From Eledone cirrhosa (Eukaryota), in contig OZ024743.1 in NCBI GenBank assembly GCA_964016885.1, positions 97,898,001-97,962,000 of the forward strand: a stretch of 64,000 nt of DNA. Reading direction: 5' to 3'. Position 1 is the stretch's first letter. Every line of letters starts with the position of its first letter. Below, piece after piece: positions 54,373 through 64,000 of the stretch. Made by a program: the position numbers and the translations under genes. The notes under the pieces are model-generated. The model was given only the letters and a program-made list of their open reading frames with translations. It had not been told where the DNA came from and did not search any database.

Positions 54373-54749
54373 CCTCCCTCTCTCTCTCTCTCTCTTCCTG
54401 AAGAAGTAATCGGCTGTGTTCAGATCTGTAGAGAGATATGTTTTGTCGTATTTTAAATACCTATGTATCATTACGAGTCCACAAGGAGTTACGGACTCAT
54501 ATATATATTCCTTTCCTTTGCTACCAGTTCTTCAATATTCTTTGCTCTTCTTAATTTCCCATATTACATATTTAAGGAGTGACTAAACAACACATGTAGG
54601 AATGGAATAAAGGTAAACCTAATATATTTAACACATTTTACACTGCCAACAGTATTAATATTTTTTAAAACAACAATCTTAACATTACCGTTACACATTC
54701 TATTATTAAACACAAACATATATAGGGAGATATGTGTATATATATATAT

Positions 54750-55020
54750 AAGTATAAAGAAAGGCCTCAAGCGCAGAAATGCTATAAACATATCTTACAA
54801 AAAAGAGTGAAGACCTTTAAAAGACGGAAAAGAATTTGCCAACGACCGCTATGAAGAATTGAACTTCCTATCTTCCAGATAGCCGGTATCTGCAAGATAG
54901 CAAGTTCAATTCCTCATAGCGGTCGTTGGCAAAAAATTTTTCCCGTCCTTAAAGGGTGTTCACCCTGTTTTGTAAGATATTTTTATAGCATTTCTGCGCT
55001 TGAGACCTTTCTTTATACTT
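54750..55020. repeat. ~270-bp imperfect palindrome flanked by (TA)n
   Basis: AAGTATAAAGAAAGG...AGATA(gccgg)TATCT...CCTTTCTTTATACTT, centre near 54884. Confidence 0.85.
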
Positions 55021-55235
55021 ATATATATATATAACGACGTATTATCTTCGCTTTTTTTTTTTCGTTCATTGCCAGGGAAAGTCTTCACGAACCAAAGTAT
55101 CGTCTTCCTGTTTTCCTTTGGCTGAATGTTTTTCGAAATATTCTGCGTCCACCGATTCATTTTTTTTTAGTTTCAGAAATTCCCGTTAAGGTTGAAAGCA
55201 GCGATTCATTGCTCAAACTTTAATCTGTTATTTTA

Positions 55236-55270
<35 letters not shown>

Positions 55271-55353
55271 CCGCTTCAAAAGCCGAAGATTCGGCTTCGT
55301 TGTATATATAGATATATATATAGAGATATAGCTATAGATATATAGATATATAC

Positions 55354-55395
<42 letters not shown>

Positions 55396-55707
55396 TGTAG
55401 TTTAGTTTATATGATGTGTATTTCCATCTGTGTTTCAGCTAATATGGGGCTAAAAGTAGATGGCTAAACATTTGATAAGATATATGCCTGAGATAAGTAC
55501 TGGGGTTGATGAGATCAACTAAAAACTATTGTACCCCACCATGACATGACGCAAGAGGCAAAAATTAATTTTTGAATCTGCATTCTTTACTTCGAGCCAT
55601 TATTCAAATATAATATTTCTCAGCATAAGAAATCTTCGTAATCATTTGTAAAGATCATCATTTAAAATGTCGTTACACATATATGAACCTGGTTAGTATT
55701 TATAACA

Positions 55708-55882
55708 ATATAATTGTTTCTACTTTTGGCATAAGGCCAGCAATTGACCAGTACATTACTGGTACTTTATTTTATCGACCCAGTAAGGATGAAAGGCAAA
55801 GTTCACCTCAGCGGGATTTGAACTCAGTCCGGAGAGGGACGTAACTATGCTGCAAAGCATAGCGTCCGACCCTTTACCGATA
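55708..55882 (-). mobile_element. SINE family A
   Basis: Reverse complement of core and tail. Confidence 0.88.
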
Positions 55883-56094
55883 GGCGCACTAGATACTATC
55901 TCAAAGCGTTTCCAAGGATGGTTAAAGAAGATTATTCCAGCTCCGCTTTTTGGAACACTTCTAAAGGCATACTTGCTGGGAACAGCAAGAACCCTCCGAT
56001 ACGTCCTGAATATCTGAGGCTGCAGGTAGCGGCTTGATATTCATTTCAACAAATTTTCCAGTTAAATAACATCAATGACTGAGCCTCAAAGAAC

Positions 56095-56305
56095 AATAAT
56101 AATAATAATAATAATAATAATTGTTTCTACGTTTGGCACAAGGCCAGCAATTATCCCAGTACATTACTGGTACTTTATTTTATCGACCCCGAAAGGATGA
56201 AACGCAAAGTTAACCCCGGCGGGATTTGAACTCAGACAATAAAGGGACGTAACTCTGTGCTGCAAAGCATGGCGTCCGACCTTCTACCAATACTGCCAAG
56301 CCCCC
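56095..56305 (-). mobile_element. SINE family A with (ATT)n tail, abutting the Tx1 3' end
   Basis: Full reverse-complement copy. Confidence 0.9.
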
Positions 56306-56499
56306 CATAATAATAATAATAATAATGATTTCTTTATTAACCACAAGGGTTTACATAAAGTAGACATTAAGGACAGTACAGGACAATACAGGACGGTACA
56401 AATGGGCATTTCTGCGTGTAAAAAAAAACATTTTTGGAGAAAGCCCATTAAAAGGCCACAGTGACCCTGACCACCAAGGCAAGTGCCCTCTCCTAGTTT

Positions 56500-59400
56500 T
56501 CCACCTTTAATTTACAGACACATACTCAGAGTAGGCCCATTCACTCGGGCCATACTTGCTTCTCTCACTTATCTTTCAACAAAATGCTGGGAACAGAGCA
56601 CTTCCCTCTCTACCCTGATTTTCCTTTTCAAATGAAATTTGAAAAAGTTAATCAGGGCATCACCGAAGAGGTAAGTGCTCGTCTTCAGCCCTTTCAAACG
56701 TGTCCACCATACTATCTCTTTCGCCATGGCCACCAGACAGATAAAAACTGCCTGCCCTTCCCGGCTAAAGGAAGAAGGCGGGGCAATCCTCACGATGCAC
56801 TCAGCTGATAGCTGGATCCGTCCTACACGTGACAGCAGGTGTTCGACATAAACCCACAAGTCACCAATGCTCGGACACTGGACGAGTGCGTGCAGGACGG
56901 TTTCGTCGCCCTGTGCGCATCTCGGACATGCCCGACTGACGGCACCTCCATGCCTGTAAAGTTTATCCCGAATTGGCAAAGCTCCTCGGTAGCACTGCCA
57001 GGCCAGGGATTTCTGAAAGTTGTCCATAGGCCCCGGCCCGAAAGTCCTTCCGAAGAGATTGGCCAGTTGACTTCGTCGCTGCCTAGAGTTTCTCCAAGTA
57101 CGTCATCGCTCTTCCCCTCCACTAATCCTCTATAGAACGCCGAGGTGGAGTTTCCACCGATCACATTGCCCGATTGGTCGAGGGCTGTGAGCGCCTGAAG
57201 ACATTCCAGTCTCCAAGCGCTCCCTCTCGGTCTTCGCTTGACCCAGGACTGCAAACGGGACGCGTCTAGCAAACGGCGACCACACCTGATCACCGTCGAG
57301 GAAGAGGTGGAGATGACGTAGCCTGAGCGCGTGTCTGCGCATCATCTGCCACGGCATGTCCAGCCCTCCACGTAGCGGGTGTTGACAGCAGATGGACCGC
57401 CTGACCATCGGAGCGCGTCCCTTCCACAAAAAGCGAAAGAGCAAACGCTCCAACGCAGTCAGGCGGGGCTTAGGACAAGGTACGACGGTCAGGCCGTAGT
57501 AGATGACGGACGCGATATACGCGTTAGCCACCTCCGCTCGACCTTTCAGGGATAGCTTCCTCTCGGCCTATTTCTGGGTGAGAGAAGCCACCTTGCTCGT
57601 CACCTCGTCCCAGTTTTTGTCCGGAGATCCGGAGATCCGGACCGAGCCAGACCCCAAGCAATTTAACCGGTCCGTCCGTCCAGCGCCCTACGATGCTGTT
57701 GGACGGCATGGACCTGCCTCTCCAGGTGCCGAGCTGCAGGCCTACTGACTTTTCCTGGTTGATCATTGCTCCTGTCACCGCTTCGTATTCTCTTAGTGTA
57801 GTGCCGATCGCTTCGATGTGTTCGGCGTTCGACACCACTACGGTGACATCGTCCGCATATGCTGACACGGATCTTCCGCATCCTAGTTCGTGCGGGATCC
57901 CCCGCAACGTCTGCAGTTTGTGCAGTAATGGCTCGAGAGTCAATACGTACAAGAGGGACGAGAGGGGACATCCTTGGCGAACCGAGCGCATGATGTTGAA
58001 CGGTTCCGAAAGGTGACCGTTGACTCTCACCACAGAGCAGATGTCGCTGTGCATGGCAGCGATCCAGCCTCTGAAGACGGGCCCAAAGCCAGTCGCCCTC
58101 AGGACTGCCGCTAGGTAACGATGGTCGACCCTATCGAAAGCTTTCGACTGATCTAAATTGATCAAGGCCCCACCCGTGGCAGGTTCCCTAGCTACCATCT
58201 CTACGATGTATCGCATGAGGTAGAGGTTGTCGTGGATGGATCTGTCGGGAATGGCGCATGTCTGCGCCTCTCCCACCAGACCACCAACGATAAGCGCCAA
58301 CCTCTTTGCTAGAACCTTGGCCAAAATCTTGAACTCTGTGTTTAGCAGAGTTATGGGCCTGAAATTATCTATGTTATCCCCCTTGTTCGGATTCTTTCTC
58401 AGCAGCGCCACAGCTCCTCGGCTCACAGAGCTGGGAATTCTCCCGTTCTGTTGCCAGTTGCAGTAGACGTCCGCCAAGAGGCCTCCGAACAAGTCTGGCA
58501 TCTGTACGTAAAGTTCATAGGGCAGACCATCCAAACCAGGCGATTTGGCCCTTGTGCAGCCAGTCATTGCCTCCCGTACTTCAGCGGCTGTTATCGGCTT
58601 TTCGCAACACTCCGCCTCAGTGGCCGAGAGCTGCGGCAGTCCGTCGAGGTAGACACTAAAGTCCATCGCTCGATCCGGCCCGCCGCTGCCCCCGAACAGC
58701 TGTGCGAAGTGTCGCTGAAAAGCTTCACACATTTTCCCGGGATCGAATAGCATGCGCCCGTCGTGGTCCACCAAAGACCGGATCGTGGCTTTGTTGCCAC
58801 GACGCGCCTCCGCCACTCGGGCCCATTGAACGGCTTTCGTCCCCTCGTGTCTGAGAGCACGCACCCTAGCTCTGACAACGCAACATTCGTGCTTTGCATT
58901 GAAGAATTGGTCAAGGGCAAATTTCGCCGCAAGTACGTCTGTCGCGATGCCTTTGCTAAGCGCCTCGGGTTAATTTTCTAACTAGTTCTCCCTCTGTTCT
59001 ATTTTTCTCTATTGCTAAAGCCTTACTAAACCTAATGGACTCTATTCTAAGCGCTCTTTTCAGAGCAAACCACCACTTGTTGTTGACGATGGCCCCCGTC
59101 AACGCCCGCTTAACTAGTTCGCTAATCCGGTCTCTGTAGGCCTTGCGCGCTGGTAAGGACGCGTTTAGCTTCCAGTACCGGGTCCTCGTCTATGAAGCCT
59201 ATCTAAGTCAAGCACACAGATCACGAATTTGTGGTCTGTGTAGCTGACTATCTTGAATTGTGGACAGCCTATGCTAGACCTATCTATTTCCCTACAAAAT
59301 ACTCTATGTAGATATGATCTGGATGACCCTATACGATTTGTCAGAGTCCACATTGGCACATTCGGGAAATCCAATCGGTACCTGTCAGACAGTTCAAAAC

Positions 59401-59911
59401 GCCTGAGCAGGTTGGTGAGGCTCTTGCACCCTCCTCCCCTATCCGCTAATCACACACAGTCTCAGCGTGCATCTAAGATCCCGTTCCAGTGGCCCACTAA
59501 CACTAAAGAGCGGGACGTTCCAAGAAAAGTCTCCAGACGCCGGAAGGAATCAGGCCGCCCTGCTTCTGTCGGGGAATAGACGGCCACTAGCCTGAAAGCT
59601 TGCCCGTCTCCGCTGGTCACGTCCAGCACCACCAACTTACCTTCTGGGTCCAGGAAGATGGCCCGTATGGCGAGATCCAAACATCTCCGAAAAAGCACAG
59701 CAACCCCTCCCCTCGATCCAGGACGGCTGGGAGATGCGTCCACATCGTAGCCGCCAAAGATCGGTGCGAAGGCCCCTGCTTCGGAGATTCTGGTCTCGCT
59801 GATGGCCACTACATCTATGTTTAGTGACCTGAGGTCGTTGAGCAGGTGGCCCTGATTCCATGACGACCCCAAGCCACGCGCATTTATGCTGCCTATTCTG
59901 AGTGAGGTCAT
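56500..59911 (-). pseudogene. Tx1 ORF2 (APE endonuclease + reverse transcriptase + zinc finger), frameshifted
   Basis: MTSLRIGSINARGL, ISET, TDHK, KSPGLDGLPYE, NFRPITLLNTEFKILAK, LDQSKAFDRVDH, VRQGCPLS, AYADD, CPRC..ETVLHALVQC. Confidence 0.92.
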
Positions 59912-60199
59912 GTTGAAATGGAGTGGAAAAGATGGGAAAGACCACTTACCTTACTTCTCGTAGAGGAAGGATGGTTTCTCCATCCTTTTCACTGCTTGTG
60001 GCCTCTTCCGGAAGGATGTCCTTATAAATGCTCCTGGAGAGTGCTTGTCGGAAGTCTCCGATGTCTTTGGGGAATTTTTGTTTTAGTGTCGTGTACGTTT
60101 TCTGTGTGATGCGAGTGATTTGTATGTGTGGAGGTGGTGTGAACTTTTGGGTTGTTGTGTAGTCTTTTTCTGTGATGCTGGTGTTGTGTTGGATGTAGT

Positions 60200-61855
60200 G
60201 TAATAATTGGTTGTTGTTCAAATTGAATGTTGTATCGTTTTGGTTGTTTTGTTTTGTTTGCGTTTGTTGTGGGTTTGTTTCTGTTTCGCTTTTTGGTGAC
60301 TTTTGTGGTGTTGGTGATGGTGGTGTTGGGGTTAATGATGGTGATGGTGTTGGTGTTTGTGTGATGGGGTTGGTGATGCTGGTGTGGATGGTAGCATATC
60401 TGTCCTAACTTTTTTGTTTGATAGTTTATTTCTTTCCCTCTGTATTTTGTTTTTTGGGAGGGAAGGAAGAGAATTTTTTCTTTTTTGGCTTCTTTTTCTT
60501 TTTTTTTCTTTTTTCTTTTTTTCTTTTTTTCTTTTTTTCTTTTTTTCTGATACCGTTTCCCACTCCTCGTCGTCACAATCTGTCTATAGTTGCGATAGGT
60601 CGGGGAGTGGAAAATCCTCCACAGGCGTTGGTTTTGGTTGTGGCGTGGTGGATGGTGTAGGCGCTGGTGCTAGTTCTGGCGCGTTGGGTGGTGGTGGTGG
60701 TGGTGTTGGTTTTGCTACTGTTGCTGGGGTTGTTGCTGTTGCAGTTGCTTCTGTTGTTGGTGCTACTGTTGTTGCTGCTTTTTTTGCTGCTGGCGGTGTT
60801 GATGGTTGAGTCACTGGGGTGGGTAAGAGATGTGGCCTCAACCTTTTAGCCTGAGGGCAGAAAGCCCTTAGGTGGGTTCCTTCACCACAAACGACACACC
60901 TAGGCCTTCTGCCCTTGATGATTACTGTGAGGTGGCTGCCGTCAGTGAGGTCTATTACCTCTGGGATCTCCTCAATGCTTTTTTGGTCCGCTTGGATCAG
61001 AGCTCCAGCCATTAGCCAGGGAATTTCGATGGCCGGTGAAATGTGGGTCACCCTGATCTTCACGAGTCTCTGGCCACAATAGCTTGGGACAAGTGTGAAG
61101 TCGTCACTTCTTAATGGGGCCATGGAGTGTTCTCTGGCCTCCTGTGGTGTTTCAAATAACACGTCCACGGATCCATATTTCTGCCCACGTCTGATGTGGG
61201 GGTTTTTTGCCCACACATGTCCCAAAGCTTTTTGGATTTGGGACTCGGATGCCCGTTCCACTCGGCGCTATTTTATGTTAATCGTCCGATAAGACACGGT
61301 GCATAGACGCCGATGCTCCATTTTATTAGGTGTGGGGGGGGGGCTGACCCTGTACCCATATTTCTTTACTATTCTTTTGGCTTCTTCTAATTCTTCCTGA
61401 GTTACCTCTATTGCTTCGCACTTTTTTGCTACTCTGGCAAAAGACAGGGTTTTCTTATTCTCATTGTTGCTGTTGTTGTTGTTGTTGTTATCGTTATTTT
61501 TGTTATTGTTAATTTTAGTTTCAGTTGTGGTGGTGGTGGCGTCAGTGGTGTTCGGTGTGGAAGAGTTCATTCTGGGTGAATTCATTTCGATATCACGAGA
61601 TAATTTATTTTTTTCTTTTGTTTCTGTTGTACCTGTGGTGGTGGTGGGGGTGGCGGCTTCAACAGCTGCAGTCATTGGTAATGGCGGGAAATGAACGTCT
61701 GCCTGAGACAAATTTAAAATATTGCTATTGCTTATATTTTTAGTGTTGGCAAACGTAGTAATATTTACAATGGTGTCAGTGTGAGGTGTTAGTTTGTGAG
61801 GAAGGTGTGACTGTGAGTCGTCTATGATTTTTTCAAAGAAATTTTTGTTTGACAA
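60200..61855 (-). pseudogene. Tx1 ORF1 (gag-like nucleic-acid-binding protein) with in-frame stops
   Basis: CVVCGEGTHLRAFC zinc knuckle, RRM-like SVDVLFETPQEARE, Pro/Thr-rich and Lys-rich tail. Stops at 61268-61270 and 60584-60586; 3' end approximate. Confidence 0.75.
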
Positions 61856-62037
61856 TTATAAAAGTTTAAATTTTGGGCTCAAGGCCCAATCTTTTTGAGT
61901 GTCCTTTTCAGAAAACAATGTATGTGCACTTATATACAGTTAACAATAAAAGTTTTCCATAAATGGCAATTTTAAACAACTGAAAACAACAAACCTTTGC
62001 GGAGCTCACGATAATACGATTTCCTACGTAGGTCGCC

Positions 62038-62086
<49 letters not shown>

Positions 62087-62149
62087 GTCTTACAAAAATG
62101 CCCATTAAAGACAGTATTGTACGATACAGTGCTCTTTTATAGAAACTTT

Positions 62150-63368
62150 TAGAAATAAGAAATAACAAACACAAAATCAAAAGACTTAATAAAAATAATT
62201 CCCCAAAGGAGGAGATCTCCAAGGGTCAATCATTTAAAACCTAGCATAAACCCACGGTCAAACAGTTGTCCTCATCCGATCTACAGGTGGCTGTCCGATG
62301 TACAGGTGGATGTCCGAACCTTGCCCGCCACTCCATCCTCCATTCAACAAATATACTGAAAGGTGGCACTCTCCTATCTACTCTAAATTTCCTTTTCAAA
62401 TAAAACTTAAAAACTTCTGAAGGCTTGGCCAAAGAAGAGAGGGCCTGTCTTATGCTCTTTCAATTTTGCCATGGACACCAGACAGATAAATAAAAATTAG
62501 TTTCGCTTACTGGTTAACAGAAGGTGGTGAAACAACTTTCACAATAGGCTCAACTGCTAATTGGATTCACCCTACACGTGATAATCGTTGTTTGACATAA
62601 CTCCACAACTGACCAATGCTCGGGCATTAGACATTGGTGCATGACAGTTTTGTTGCTCTGGGCAACTGGCTGCACTTCTGTAGAGACTATCTTAAACCGG
62701 CAACGCCCCTCGTATCACTGTCAGGCAAGGGATTTCTGAAAATTATCTATAGACTTTCAACAGTAAGTCCTACGGTACAAAATAAATCAGTTGATTTTCA
62801 TCAACATCCAGATTCTGCCCGAGTATGTCATCGCATTTAATCGCCACTAATTTTTATAAAAGAGAGAGTGGTGATAGCTTCCTTTCAGCTTATTTCTGAA
62901 TGAGACTGGCCACCTTGTTCGTCCCCTCATTCCAGTTCTTGTCCTCCAAGCGATTTAATCAGTCCGTTCAGTGCACCTCGACGCTTCTGAGTGACATGGA
63001 CCTGTTTCTTCTTGTACCGTGTTCCAGAGCCACCAACTTGTCCTGGTAAATGTTCGCTCTTGTTACCGGCTTGTACATCCTTAAAGCGGTACATGTCACA
63101 TTGATACGCTAGGTTTCTAGCACTACTACGATGAGGCCGTCGGCATGAGCCGACAAAATTCATATCGGCTACCCATCAAAGTCTCCAGTTTCTTCAGTTT
63201 CTGCTGTGCACACAGAAGAAATAAAATGGGACAGATTTGATGGAGGGAGCGCAGGATAATGAAGGGCTCCACTAGGTGGTCATTTACTCTGACCGCCAAA
63301 TAGATGTCGCTGTAAATTGCAGCGATCCATCGACTCCTGAAGACGGGACCGAAACTTGGTGAGTTCAG
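62150..63368 (-). mobile_element. Older, deleted Tx1 ORF2 fragment in tandem with the large copy
   Basis: FGPVFRSRWIAAIYSDI..VRVNDHLVEPF and FKFYLKRKFRV match motifs of the 56-60 kb ORF2. Confidence 0.8.
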
Positions 63369-63379
63369 AACCACCAAAT

Positions 63380-63471
<92 letters not shown>

Positions 63472-64000
63472 GCGTGTGTGTGTGTGTGTGTATATGCGTG
63501 CTGTTGTGTGTACCCACGTTACAGCTAAAAGCTACAAAACAAACATCCGTAAACCCACAAATCTGCAGATGTTTCTCCAACATTTAATTGGACGTCTGTA
63601 GCAATAATGTGTTTGAATTCCCTTTTTTCATTTTTGTAATAGTACCTCCACTATGAGGTACGGTTAAGTAATGGCCTTGTAATCGCTGACATTCATGGGT
63701 AATTTATAAAAACCTAACCTTATTATATGTAGTCGGAAGTCACCCTGCGCTCCCAACATGTCCGTAATCTTTTGAAAATCATCTGATCGCTACTCGAGCC
63801 AATATTTCTGGCTGTCATTTTAGTGTTTCAGAGATGTAATTGGAGTTTGGACAGGAGTTTGGCGTACCAGCTCTATGTATCTCGTGGCCTCGACCTCGGT
63901 GTATAAATTAAACACGATGAAATCTGCCAAATTTCGTTCGAAGGCTTATTGTAATCACGTCATTTTTTTTTTCCAAAGTGCTATGTCAACCTGTTTACTT

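Larger units (their letters stand above)
56327..61900 (-). mobile_element. Near full-length Tx1/L1-clade non-LTR retrotransposon, disrupted
   Basis: ORF1 with CCHC knuckle followed by ORF2 with APE, RT and C-terminal Cys/His motif. 3' end AATAAAGAAAT then (ATT)n. 5' boundary approximate. Confidence 0.93.

Overview
AT-rich, microsatellite-dense eukaryotic DNA, almost all repeats. The SINE/LINE mix and (TA)n/(CA)n density suggest an octopus or other cephalopod genome (inference). Most ORFs in the supplied track are microsatellite artefacts. Recognisable elements: a near full-length but disrupted Tx1/L1-clade LINE (56.3-61.9 kb, minus) and three Tx1 fragments, a rearranged RTE-clade LINE, two R4/Dong-like RLE fragments, a decayed Penelope GIY-YIG remnant, many tRNA-derived SINEs, two Helitron-like elements, MITEs, minisatellites and two possible small host exons. 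The main unannotated signal is a set of short non-coding elements sitting in (TA)n tracts that carry type I hammerhead ribozyme motifs. By eye I count 13 intact or near-intact cores, plus degenerate and half copies, in about 9 unrelated sequence contexts. They include a 310-bp x 5.6 apparently identical tandem array with one hammerhead per unit and a terminal inverted copy, resembling retrozymes or non-autonomous Penelope-like elements. All structures were read by eye; no folding or database search was run.
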